Shown: positions 13,842 to 27,566 of the stretch, one piece after another
How the letters are laid out: each line of letters begins with the position of its first letter
How positions within the stretch are numbered: position 1 is the first letter of the stretch
Assembly (NCBI RefSeq): GCF_018350175.1
Contig: NC_058368.1
Coordinates: 158,660,001-158,724,000 of the forward strand
From: Felis catus
Taxonomy: Eukaryota
DNA: 64,000 bases
Direction of reading: 5' to 3'
Notes under the pieces: model-generated
The model's input: only the letters and a program-made list of their open reading frames with translations
What the model was told of the DNA's origin: nothing
The model's database searches: none
Program-made: the position numbers and the translations under genes

Positions 13842-16800
13842 AACCACTTCGGAAGTTTTGATTATTTTGTGTATCAACAAGACAATTTGCACTGTAATTT
13901 ATAGGCATTATTAGTGTGGCTACTTTCTTTGTCATTGTGTTTTGAAATTTGAATATGACAGAGTTTTCAGACTGGTAATTCTATCTCCAAAAAAATCTTT
14001 CATAAATGAGGATTTCATTTTTCCCTTCCTCAAGCTTTCTTTTTGATTATAAAAAGATGAGCATTAAGGATTTCACAGAAGGCAGATGACCAGTGAAGAC
14101 GTCCAACAATGTGGAATACCTTTACCATACAACCTTTGATCTTTTCTATAGAAACCCCCAATCAGTTTCAGCAAAGCAGTGTCTTTACTTGTTCCTGAAC
14201 ATATAGTTCTTATTTTTTTACCTGTCCTTTGGTTCAAGTTCTCCCAGGAGTGTTGTTTCTGCTCCTCCCCTCTATCCATCCAACTTACTCCCATACTTCA
14301 GAGGAAATACCACCTATTCTATCATGCCTTACTCATGGGTTCCAGCCCATATGGATCTCCTTTCCTGAGCTCTCATTCCATTAGTGGCCTTGTGTCTTAG
14401 CACTTAATCTCCTCTAAACCATGCTAATGAAATGGATGTGATGTTCAGGCTAAACTGATAAAGTCAGACTTGGCTGGACTTCTTTCTGGCTAGAGGAATG
14501 AAATGCATTCATCTTACAGAATACAGTTTTCTGTTATTTAACTCACAGCAGACTGTGAGATTCTGGAGGGCAGGGACTCTGGTTCATTCTTTTCTGTAGC
14601 CTTCTTGGTATACACCACAGGGCTATTCATCTGGAAGCAATTGTGGAATTCACTTGGCATATAAGAAAACTCTACCTTTCTGAACTATTTGAGTGCAACT
14701 GAATGAGTGTGTAGAAGGTAGGTGAAGTCACTAAAATTCCTAGAGAGGTCAAGACTTCCTTCTAGAATAGGAGGTTTCATGTATGAACCACTGTGGTGCT
14801 CACACAGCATGGATCTGGTGGTGGCAGCCATGCCTCAGCTGGAGATGGTGGAGTAGGGGCAGAAAGATGAAGCCTGGTCAGAGTAGACACATGATTGTTA
14901 TTCACTTTGTAACAAGGTCTTCACTTTCTTAAAAAGTAGAGTTTAGGAAGACCCTGAATAGAGATGGTAAGTAATTTTGTCTTGGAGTGCCAACTCAAAC
15001 ACACTTACGCTGACTTGCCTAGAGCAATGTGTTGAAAAGGATTTGAAAGTAGCTTCTGGCATTAGTGGAACATAATTAACAAGCAATGTGTACTGACTGG
15101 CATAGTTTATCTGATGACCATGACCTTGATGATATGGATTTAAAAAAGAAGTTCATAACAGGCTTCTTCCCATAACAATTTACAGTTTGATTGCAGAAAT
15201 AATATATGATAATATAATTGGTGAAGAAAATATTAAGAGTGCTACATTGTAGAACAGAGATGTTTTTAAAGTAATATTTAAAACCTAAAAATTTATGGAA
15301 CAAGAATTCAATCCACACAGGGGGAAAGCAAATGAATGTGGACTGAAAAGTTCAGGAAAAGTCTGCCCTGGAGGAAGGCCTAAGCTGAGCCACTTCAGAA
15401 GAATGAGATATAGACCATGATGAGAAAGAAGCTGTGCTCTCCAAGGAGTAAGGATGGCTTGACAAACAGAGTAAGAAAAATAATGTGTCAGCCAAGGAAT
15501 TGTTTAAGAGGGCATAGGAAAGGGTGCCATTAGGAAAGGGGTATGATTTGATAGGAGACAGGGTAAGAGGACTTAGCTTCCTTTAATAACTGGAAATCAA
15601 CCCCACTGTTCTAGTGCCCCAGCTTTACCCGAGTGGGTGAGAAAGGCAGGAGCACAGAGTCCCTTGCCCTTTGTCTTTGCCTAAGGTGCTGTGCTGCTTG
15701 TGGTGACTCCATCCATGAAGACACAAGCACAGACACTTGGAGAGAATGTATGGCTGCTCTTGTACATCTGAGTGAACCAAAGAGAGGGTTTCTGGGAGGA
15801 GTTCGGGCATAAAAATCTATGAGAAGTGGGTAGGAGATGAGGCAGGCGAGAGAGGGCTCATTCTGCAGCCTGGAAGAAGCACAAATCCCCTTCAGATAAG
15901 ATCATCAATAACCAGACACTCAGAGGGCTTTTATCCTACAAATTTGGAGCTTGTCATTTTCACGGATTGGATGCGTGCGATGCAGATGCCAATAGGGAGA
16001 AATGATCTATGTTTTCATATGGGCATTTTGAGATGTATAGAATGTAAAGGCCCAAGGATTACAGAGCGTGTTATAGAAGAATCCTCAAATACAGACACTG
16101 GTTCAAACACAAAAAAATGTATACTGTGTCTTCTCTCTCCACCTTTTATCAACTGGCAGGCAGTTTACTCAGTAGTTAAAATCATGGAACCTGGAGTCAG
16201 AATGCCTGGGTTTGAATCCTGTCTTTACCAGTCAAAGGTACCTACTTAACTACTCCAGTTCTAACTGTAACATGCAGTACTTACTACACAGTTTCTGTTA
16301 GGCTTAAGTGGGAAATGTCAGAATAGAGCCTCACACATAGCACTAGAGCATTAGCTATTATTTGTGGTTAGAGAAGGTGATGGAAGAAAGAAAAAGGCAT
16401 GATTATATGCTTGCGTGTGGCATCTTTGAAACTGATCGTTCCTGGGTTGGAAACCATATCATTAAACATTCTAAAAAAAAAGTCTGCAAGTCTGAAAATT
16501 CTCTAATTGTACACATTGTGCTATTTATTTCCAAAATATGCAAAAAGTTCAGAAATGGTAAAGGGAGGCCTCTTTTGATACTATTTGCTGGTAAAGACAA
16601 AGCTTCATAATAGCCAGAAAATAAGTGGATGAAATGCTACATCTCAAAATCTGGAAACAGAGATGTTTGTCCATATTATTCACTTTATAATGGATGCTAA
16701 AGGCAATACAACTGCTTTTAGCAAACATGACAGGGGCTAACTTTCACTTAAAATTAATGCTTAATGACTGTTTATGCTTCAGGAAAATAGAAACATTATA

Positions 16801-17162
16801 GTTTGTTGCCCAGTTCAACTACCTAATATGAGATAAGTCCTAAGTGGAAAAGATTCATTTTCTAACAAAAAGGGATCTTAAAAGTATGTTATAAATCTAC
16901 CAGAAAAAAAGAACCAATTTCTTTTCTGCCTTACAGAGAAAAAATTCTAGCTGGGTAAAATATCACTTGCCAAAAACAGTTTAAGACAAATTGGAAAGGC
17001 TACCATTTAAGGATAAATCATTAAGAGGCTTTCAAGATGATTAACATATTTTTAAATTGATTCTCTGCCTCTAAACAGATGGATTTATGTTATGCAATAT
17101 TTTAATATAATCTTTAATTAAATTAGCCTTAGCAGGTGATATTTTAAAATAAAGTTAATTAT

Positions 17163-17385
17163 GGGGCGCCTGGGTGGCACAGTCGGTTGGGCGTCCGACT
17201 TCAGCCAGGTCACGATCTCGCGGTCCGTGGGTTCGAGCCCCGCGTCGGGCTCTGGGCTGATGGCTCGGAGCCTGGAGCCTGTTTCTGATTCTGTGTCTCC
17301 CTCTCTCTCTGCCCCTCCCCCGTTCATGCTCTGTCTCTCTCTGTCCCAAAAATAAATGTTGAAAAAAAAAATTAAAAAAAAAAAT
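17163..17385 (+). mobile_element. Young SINEC_Fc-type SINE
   Basis: CpG-rich and intact; TSD AAAATAAAGTTAATTA at 17146-17161 and 17386-17401. Confidence 0.95.
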
Positions 17386-18130
17386 AAAATAAAGTTAATT
17401 AGTATTCTCTATTCTAGCAGTTCAATCACGTACAGCTTGCTCTTGCCAAATGTGATTTCTTAGTTTTTTTGATGACAAATAGAAAAAGATCCCCCAAATA
17501 ATCTAAGGGGCAAGCTCAAGGTGTGATGCCAATTTATGATTCATGCCAAATGGGTAGTAAAATGGGATACCTTTGGGTCTTGCATTTGGCTTGGTAAACT
17601 GCAGGACACTGACCAACAGACCTAGTTGTCTCATTATTTATAACCATCCTCAGGTTCTGCCAGGTTTTGATCTGGCCAGTGGAATCCTGCTGGCACAGCT
17701 TGTGTGTCAGGTGGGGTACAACGTGTAGGAATCCTGGGCCCCTTTTTCTTATGTGTAGACACTCTTTCAAAGGTAGCCACAGCTACACAGCAGGACTAAG
17801 ACAACTTGGAGTATTACTTTGTTCCCAGGAGAGGAACTTTCCTTTAGGAATACACTTGAATCAGTGCCTAGCTCCTTCAGCAGCTGGAAAGCCGGTTGTG
17901 TTTCTCCTTTTGTTGGCTTTTTCTTTTCTTCTGCTGTGGTCCCCATGCTCTTCCCTGAACATTTTTCTTGAAATGATCCTTTGGGTTGTTTTACAAAGTT
18001 AACCTCTTGGGAGATTGTATAAAATGTACAAAAAAAGTATCTCATTCTTTTTGGCTTAATTTTGACCTTCAGAATTTAAAATTACTGAACTGTATATCAT
18101 TTGGGGAGACATTTAAATACCATTTATTTT

Positions 18131-18345
18131 GGGGGCACCTAGGTGGCTCAGTTGGTTAAGCATCTGACTTCGGCTCAGGTCATGATCTCATAGTTTGTGA
18201 CTTCAAGCCCCACATTGGGCTCTGTGGTGACAGCTTGGAGCCTGGAGCCTGCTTCAGATTCTGTGTTTCCCTCTCTCTCTCTCTGCTCACACTCTGTCTC
18301 TCTTTCTCAAAAATAATTAAACAAAAATAAATAAACATTACAAAA
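18131..18345 (+). mobile_element. SINEC
   Basis: Head GGGGCACCTAGGTGGCTCAG; flanking CATTTATTTT repeat. Confidence 0.92.
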
Positions 18346-18841
18346 TTTTAAAGTAAATGACATTTATTTTTTATATCTTTGGAAGTACTGAGTCATTTTT
18401 TTAAAGAAGGCAAAGGGGAAAGACTATGAAGGAGCCAAAGTGAATCACAAAGACAAATTAAAATAAAATAAAAGATCATGAAGTATACCAGAATTAAACA
18501 GCATCAGCAGCATGCCTGAGTTCACATGTGTGGTTTATACGTGCATCATGGTCAGATGATGTCATCCAATCACAAAGCTACATAGAATAAAAACCTGATG
18601 TAATCTATTTAATCAATCAGGAAGTATATATCTTTCTCATGTTCCATTAGGCACTGACATTACACTGTATTTAAGAGACTTTGTAGGACTATTAATTTTA
18701 GATAACTAATCAAAGATTAAAAAAAACACTGGTTGCTTTGCTGACCAATTCTGTTTAGTTAAAATGCTCAATCTGTGCAGATGTGGCTTTAGGTGTATAA
18801 TGTACTTTTCCTAGGTGTAGTCATTATAAGAATGCTTTCAC

Positions 18842-19031
18842 GGGGCTCCTGGGTGGCTCAGCTGGTTATTTGGCTCTGGTCATGATCTTACGGCTCTTAG
18901 TTCAAGCTCTCCATCGGACTCTGTGCTGACCGCTCAGAGCCTGGAGCCTGCTTCCGATTCTGTGTCTCCCTTTCTCTTGCCCCTCTCCACTCCTCTCTCT
19001 CAAAAGTAAATAAACATTAAAAAAAAAAAAA
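18842..19031 (+). mobile_element. SINEC
   Basis: Head, (CT)n and A tail. Confidence 0.9.
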
Positions 19032-21829
19032 GCCTTTCATGACTCTGCAATAGCTGTCTAACTAGGGTTTATGTAAAGTATGAGGCATAGACAGAGTTTG
19101 GCCCTAAAGAGCATGGTGCAAGGCCTTTGGTGACCCAGGGTTGAGGTTAGGCCCTGAGGATGAATATAAGGATTGGTAATCTAAGTTATTGTGCCAATGT
19201 GGAATATGGAATGATTGGAGGTGCTCTACCATGACCAACCCCAGGCAGTGCTCTGGGGAAGTTGTTTGAAGAGGGTGTTTATTTCCAGAGTCCTTTTTTC
19301 CTCCATCCTATTTCATATGGTTGTCAGTTTAACCATGCATGCAATTAGGCTGTGTTTCAGGTATCACTGTATGATGTTTTAGAAGGTTCAGGTACAGTTT
19401 ATTTTATAATAAAGGAGAACACCTGACAATAGGAAAAATATTCTCCTCTTTTTGTGAGGAAGAAAACAAATCAATCAGCAACCAAAAATGTCTTTTGTGC
19501 ACCTGCTAGGTGCCTGACCCTGTGGGAGAGCACATGGAAGTGCAAGGTATGGCTTTGCCCTCCTGGGACATCCAACCTAGGTGTGGACAAAAACATGCTA
19601 GCAAAGCTACAACTCATATTGCACAAGAGAAATGTAAACTATATAATATAGGCCATAAGGGCCAAAGGAGTGGTGACTAAATGACGGGTTCCCACAGCTG
19701 CCTGATGGGATGAGATGAAAATAGGGATCAACTGATTATCATCGCAGCAGGAAAAAAAAAAAAAAAAAAGCCAAACCATAATTCAAATAGCATTCCATGG
19801 ACACAAGAGAAAGAATATAGAGAACTACAGGGAGTGTAATATTTTGTCAATATTATTGACAATTGTCAATATTCAACTTTCAATTAAAATCTTTTAATTT
19901 CTTTTTAATTTAAAATAAGATTGTTTTAACTACCTTGACAGACTAAACTTATATGAGTATTTGAACATGGAGGCAAAGAAGTAAGAGCCTTTGGGGTTAA
20001 AACTTCAATATGAAATGTATTAAATACAGAAGATTCTTTTATGAAAGGCTTCTAAAGTTGTCTTACATTTCTTAAATCAATCTGTAGCACATAATCAGTA
20101 AAACCGTATCATTTAAACAGAAAAATCATGACTTAGAAACTCACCCTTGTGCAGCTGTATCCTATTATGGGCTGTAACTTAACACATGAGTTTCAGAAGT
20201 TGTTAAAGTTGAGATCAGGCTAACAAATCTTAACTGCTACAAAAAAAAAAACCTATGTTGAGATGAGACAGCAGACCATGAAGAAGTTCTAGATTTGATC
20301 ACAGGATGGATATAGATCATATTTTGTTTTGATTTGTTAAATCTTACTTATGTATTAAGAAATAAATGTATTAAGACAGATGGCCATTAAGTGATCAAGA
20401 AGCCACTTTTTTTTTTTTTCCCCATTTTGAAAAGTTTTCCTCTGGGGCTGATACTTTTAGTATTTAAATTCTACCAAATGTAAAAAGGGTTAAGAAACAG
20501 TGTTTATGCCACTGATAGCTGAACCAAAATCTGCATTTTTTCTTAGTATAATTATATAATTGTTTCTAGTTGTATCCTGTAATAAAGTAAAATTAGCATT
20601 TCAATAGGCTTCAACAGGCTTCACAGTTTAGATGCTAAAATTATTGTAATTAAGATTCAATCATTAATCCGAAATAAGCTAGTGAGCAGTGAGATTTTTT
20701 TTTTAACCATATTCTTTTAGGCACACTTTGTGGTGGAATGCAGTGCAATATGTGTAGAGATTTTACTGCATAAGTACCTTCATCCCTTACATCCTACTCC
20801 ATTTCTTTCTGTGAAATGCAAAACCCATAAATGTATCATCAAATTTATAGATTTCAGATAACTCCACTAAAAAGCATGGGATAGAGAAAATACTTTACTC
20901 TTGAGAATTTTTGCTCTCTTGGGTTGCATACAGCCAGAATCATGATTACTAACATGGTTTTAATAACTTTATAGTCTGGTCCAATTTTTTCAAAGGGTAA
21001 AAATGAACCTTTTGAAGTATTCACCTATCTGATATAAATAAAACCTTTCATGCCGGAAAACGTTTCCCAAATGGAAGTTAATGCACCTCAAATACGTGAG
21101 ACATTTTCTAATTGTGCAATGATTAGGAAGGAAACGTCTCATTTTTTCACAATGAAATTTGGGCGTAAAACATATTAATGAAATCTAACATCGCTTTATC
21201 AGTCAATGCTGGAAACTAACACATTCTCATGGCTTAAATGATAACTAAGATAGTTTTTTTTACAATCTATTTTAATAAAGTTTGACTTGATTTGGGCTTT
21301 CAGTTAAGTCAAAGTGATTTCTCACTACAGGCATGTTTATATTCACACATCTTGCATCTTGCCTGAATAGGCAAAAGGATTTTCGCCATTGAAAAAGTTA
21401 AATTCTCCCTAACTTAGCATGAGGAAGTGTGCCTCCAAAAAGATGTCAATATAATATTTTTCCCAATGCAACATAAAACCATAAAGTTGCATAACTAATC
21501 TAGGATCACTGCTAACTCTGAAGACTCCCTGTTGCCTGCACTTCTGCATCATTCCACCTGCCTTTACCACCTTGTCTCCACCTCCCCTAATGCCTTGTTT
21601 TTGTATTGCCTTAGCTTCTATGGACAAGCTGTTCTTTCTCATCAAACATGCCCTTCCCCTCTGACCCTCCTGTCATATTCCTGTTCAGATGTGCCTATTT
21701 AGTGGGTTCCCTCCATACTTCCAAAAGAGGTCATTTCAATCCTCTCCCTTGTCCCCTCCCCCATTTTCCTATAACAGCACAAATGACACGGTTATATAAC
21801 ACCTCTGGGAGCCAATAGTTGTCTTGTAG

Positions 21830-22050
21830 TTTTGTAGTGGCTAAAGGTGAGGAATTGGAATACAGTACTTGAATTCTGGCTGTATCACTCATTTAACAGT
21901 ATGACCTTGGGCAAGACACCTTAACTTCATGAGACTCAGTTCCCTCATCTATAATTAACAATAATACCTACATTACTGGTTTGTTGTGAATAAACGTTCC
22001 TAGCATAGTGCCTGTCATCACATGATGAGAACTTGATACCCTAGCATTAC
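21830..22050 (+). mobile_element. MIR remnant
   Basis: TGACCTTGGGCAAG...CTCAGTTCCCTCATCTATAA...ATAATACCTAC core. Confidence 0.7.
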
Positions 22051-22959
22051 TATGCATGGATAAAGAGAGAGCCCAAAGATGGCAGATAAACATATTATGT
22101 TATTGTCATGTGAAAAGTTAACACTCAGAAGAATCTGAATGTTCAGCCATCTTGAAATCATGTGGATTTCCTTTGAGAAAGCACATGAGGAACTGTCAAA
22201 CAGTGGTAAATAAATAGTAAGCTCGCACACACTCTCAAAAGAGCTGACAAGGGCTGCTCTTAGGATAGCTCATCTTTGGTTGTGACATATGACAAATGAA
22301 AAGAAACTGAATGTTACACAAAGCCAAGAATGGAAGGCAACATGGATATGTGCCTTAATTTCTCAGCAAAGAGATTCTGTATGGTGGTGTAGAGATTCCT
22401 AGTGCTACTTGTTACAAATGTGAGACATTTAGGTAGTGGAGAACAGTCCAGTGTCAGCTTAGATGAGCAAATTTCAAATTGAGAGCTGACCTTATTTAAA
22501 TGTCTTTGCATTGTTTTTTATTTGAAACGTGAAATAGGGGGAAACAGAAAAAAAATTGTTATGGAATTCATTTCTTTCCAGGAAAGAAAATTTAAAAAAA
22601 ATTGCAACTATTGCTGGATGAACACCTTGTCTAAAACAAATGAGAGATTTAGTTCATTGCAAAATGCCACTTGGGATGCTAAGAAAAGCATCCAAATAAT
22701 ATTTCTTTAAATGAATATAACTATCCCCATGTGTATCCATCTCAGACCAGAAAATTCTCTGGGTGCTTTTCCTGACCAACTTGAAGAGAAAATTCAATTT
22801 ACAATTGCTTGTTTTTAAACAAACCAAAAGCCACTGAAGGCATAAAATTAATTGAATGATCATTTACATTCCTTGTATTATGTGTTTCTGAAGAATGAAG
22901 AGAAAAAAAAAACTTTCTTTGCATTTATAGAAATTAAGAAAAACATTTTTAGAGTATGT

Positions 22960-22960
<1 letters not shown>

Positions 22961-23002
<42 letters not shown>
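22961..23002. repeat. (GT)21 microsatellite
   Basis: Direct reading. Confidence 0.97.
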
Positions 23003-23005
<3 letters not shown>

Positions 23006-23879
23006 AATGCTCCTTTGTTCAACTGTTCTGGGTTTTAAAAATTCTTGGATTGGCTTTTCATCTTGCAGGAAAGCAAGGTAGCAATTTTTCTTAAGGATTT
23101 GGCAGTGATGTGCTCCAGTGCTTAGCCCTTTCCTTATAGCAGGAAGAGACTGGACTGGGTTGGGGGAAAGGGGGCCAAGAGTGACTAGGAGGAGAGGAGG
23201 CTGCTCAGAACCTGCTGTTCAAGGCTGATGGCAGCTTTTTACAAGCTGTGTAAAAGATGAGTGTGGTGGCAGCAGTTTTTGGGTGTGCCAAAGAAAATGA
23301 GTCCACGTGCTAAACTCTGGCACGTGCGTGATAGGTTGCCAAGGCATGGCATAACCCCCAGGCAGACTTTTGATGTCCTGCTCCAGAAAGTGTGTAAGCC
23401 TGTTCCCATTTATTCCATGAGGATGGTAAGTGGTTGGATGTTTCAATGTTATAAAAAACCGCTGGCATAGAAATTTGCCATTTGGCTTACTTTCATTTAG
23501 TCATTTTTCAGATTAGAAACACCTGAAGGGAGAGGATCAGCAGTTTAATACTCACACCTATTAAGCCATGCAAGCAGTTGCAGAGTACAGCTTATTCCAG
23601 GGTAAACAGACAATGCTATCTGATCAAATTTGGGTTCTATGTTAAAGAATGAAATATATAAAATTGGACACTTCTTTATTTTTCCATAGAGAAGAGTTCC
23701 TGCAAAGGTCTGGATGACAGAACATAATGCATATTTTATTTTAACCCTTTTTCTATTTTATTCTCTTGGCTAAACTGTAAACAATTCCTGGGATTTAGTT
23801 CAACTTAAAAAGTAGACCATATAATTTCAGAGTAAACTTCTTGAATTGACAAGAAATTTGGTGAAAAATTGCTCCTCTA

Positions 23880-23887
23880 TTTCTTTT

Positions 23888-23943
<56 letters not shown>

Positions 23944-23979
23944 TTTTCTTTCTTTTTTTTTTTTTTTTTTTTTTTTTTT
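23880..23979. repeat. (CTTT)n tract running into poly-T
   Basis: Direct reading; about 100 bp of pure pyrimidine. Confidence 0.97.
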
Positions 23980-25331
23980 CTGCTTCCATTCTCCAAATCC
24001 ACAGTATAAGACCCCTGGCTCTATACAATTTATCCAAAGCTTTGAGCAGGTCAAGAGCCCTTTTACCCTTCACTAGTGAATTCAGTGCTATTGTAAGAGA
24101 AAGACATTCTTTCCTTCCCTTTTCACTTAAAGAAACACACCAAACCTGAATAGACTCCAGGCTAGACTGGGGGAGGGAGTGATTTTCATTAGTCTAGCAT
24201 AGCTATTGACATATGCTTGAAGAAAATATTTAAAAAAAAAAGACAGAAGGAAGAAAGGTAGGAAGGAAGAGAGGCAGGAAATAAAGGGCTTCCACTATGC
24301 ATTAAAGGGCATACTGGTTACAATTTTATTTCTAAGAAGAAAATTTTATAGGATAAAATGGCCCAACATTTCTTTTTCTTCATCACACATATGAGAAATA
24401 TAAACTAAAAGGACATCTGGAAACTAACATTATTCAGCAATCAGAGAGCAAAAATCCAAAGCATTGATGTTTTGATGGAGACAAACATAACAAGATTCAC
24501 AAAGAAAGCTGTAACTTATTGAAGAAAAAAAAAAATTCCATATGCATTTTACCTTTTGGGCAGTTCCATAGCAAAATTCTATTTCAGAAGCCCTTTGTAA
24601 TATGAAACTCACTGTAGATAAGATACAACATGAAGATAGTCTGTTTTGCAGCAGCAGAAAATCAAATTGGTTCCAGAAACTAAGTTACATGACAAATGGT
24701 ATAATAGTATTGCTAGAATTGGGAAGCTTGATTGAATTATTTTTCATAATCATTAAAAAAGATTTTGAAATAACTTTGCCATAGCTGTTTAGATTTTGGG
24801 GGGATAGGGACATTGCAGATATGGGAAGGCTAATTTTATTGGTCTTTTAACTAAAGTGTTATAATTTGTTACCAAAATTTAAGAGCTCACTGGTGATTTA
24901 TTGTTGTTTGTTTGCAATAAAAATTTTCAGACAAACACAATATTTGACTTAACACAGTTAACATGTTATGGAGGGTGAAACAGGTTAACAAATATAGAGT
25001 ATTTATCATTTCTAAGTTATTTTTAGTTTTAATCTCATTAGCAATCAGCCATGTTTTATTTAAAAAAGCATCTGGAAGAGTTCATTAAGTCTTAGGCAAG
25101 GCTTATATGTTAGGAAAGACTTCCAAACAGTTAGCAAGATGTATCACTGACAAAATAACCCAGCAACTAATACCCGTAGGTGAAATGAAATCATTCTCCT
25201 GACTGAAGTCAGGAACAAGTTAAATATCACTTAGACCACAGCACACGACTACAGAGATTTAGGAGAAATCATACTTAAATAGGATGTGACTAGACGTTTA
25301 GGACTATTTTCAGAAAACTTTTTCCCCTTCA

Positions 25332-25760
<429 letters not shown>

Positions 25761-27530
25761 GTGTGCAGCTTTCTGACTTGGGTATTTTTTTGGTCCTCCA
25801 TCTTCAAATGTGCTGTCCCCTGGTATAAAATCAAGAAGGTTATTTGTCAAAGAAATTACCTTAGTAACAAAGAAATTTCCAGCTCAGGACTTTCAGTTCA
25901 GAATTAGTATAATCTAAATTCTTCTTTGGTAAAGAAGTGCTATAAAGAGTATGGATATAGCCAGGGACCAGATTATGGTATTTGAATTCAGGGGCATCTC
26001 TCTGGGAGCCAAGTTTAAAAGTTGTTTTTCTTTTTTTTTTTTCCCCATCACCCATGTTATTGTCACTTATGATGGGTAGTGGCAAATAAAACCTTGGTAC
26101 TGTCTTTTGGCTTGCCTAGGAATGTTTGTTTTTGTTTTGACTCTTCAAGGAAAATCATTCCCAAGATTGAGTTTAATGAATTCTGATATTATTCACTTCC
26201 TTTTATTTCGTGCTAATTCTTTCTATTAAAATTTCAGAAGAAGCAAAAATATATATTTTTTTTCAATAGAATATAGGTAGTTACTAACATACCTTAATAG
26301 ATTCTTTCTCTATTTCCCATACCACTCACGACAAGGTTAAATAGTCTTTCCACAGGAGACATAAACATGTCATGAGATTCCATTACAATAATTAGGATTC
26401 ATACCACATATAAAAGAACTGATTTTAATGGCTATAACCTATGATAGTTTATTGAAGACTTGTTAAGGACTACTTTACTTTTATTTAAAATACTTTTTCG
26501 GAGTTGGCACAAGAGATTGCTCTCCCATTTCCAGATTCCATAACTATGTTGTGTTGCATGATTAACTGAAAACAGTCCTTTAATGACAAAATAAAAGTAA
26601 AATGTTTTCCATGCAATAGGCTTCTTCAGCTAGATGGTAGAATACGGGTGGGCTTAATAAAAGGAAACAGAAGAAATGGTGCTGTAATAATAAGTCTTAT
26701 CATAATGACTATTACTTAGTAAATGTCCACAGGAAATATATGTCACATATGACAGAGACATGGGGCTGCCCCACTGTGCAAAGATATTATTATAAAAAAG
26801 GATGTGAAAGAAGTAGCACTACATGTTAAGACACTTATTTAGGGTTCCAAAGTGTACTTTACTTTACATGGGCTGCACCAAATAGGAAATCATCAGCATC
26901 TTTGCCATTCATGAGCTTATAATTTAAAAGAGAAGCTAGATGGTTTGTAGATAAAAAAAAAAAAATACATTGATTGGACACAAAGTATAAATGAATGAAA
27001 GTACTTTCAGTGTGATACTGAATTGGAAACCAAAACATATAAGGTTCCCATTAGAGAGCCAGGAATTCTCAAAGGAGCGAGTCTGATAATGTAAAACTGG
27101 TCGATGCCGAGATTTTGGTCAATAAATAGACTTTTTATGGGCTTATCTTTAGTAGTACATAAAAATATTTTGGTTGTGTATTGTGATGGAAAGAATACTG
27201 AATTTTGTATTAGTAAAATCTAGGATTTGATATTTGTTACCTGTATAACTTTGAAGAAGTCATGTCTTCTCTGGGCTCACAGTCCTCATCTAGAAAATTA
27301 GGGGATTGAGCTGAATGCTTTCTTTCAGATCTAACATTTATGATTCTGTAGCTATATTACAAATGACCACAAATATTTTCACACACTATAGCTTTCTGAA
27401 AACTCTTACACTTATTTCCTAAAAGCTGGACTGGTCTTCAAACAGATCACTTCTAATCCCATAGTAAACTTCATATCCTTTCAACAATATAAGAAACACA
27501 AATTAATATGGTGAGTTCAAAGATACTCAT

Positions 27531-27566
27531 CACACATACACACACACACACACACGCACACACACA
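27531..27566. repeat. Imperfect (CA)n
   Basis: Direct reading. Confidence 0.9.

Noticed and set aside
17163..17240. tRNA-like A/B-box sequences at SINE heads
   Set aside because: tRNA-derived SINE heads with (CT)n, A tail and TSDs; not tRNA genes
17118..17355. Recurring ORFs such as MNGGGAERE...LRAISPEPDAGLE (also at 42948, 10792, 11392, 37878)
   Set aside because: Open frames through SINEC copies, not a gene family
23795..24076. K/E/R-rich and F/S/L-rich ORFs
   Set aside because: Translations of the (CTTT)n/poly-T microsatellite
25824..25830. TATAAAA near the LIX1 promoter
   Set aside because: On the + strand, the wrong orientation for LIX1, and common by chance
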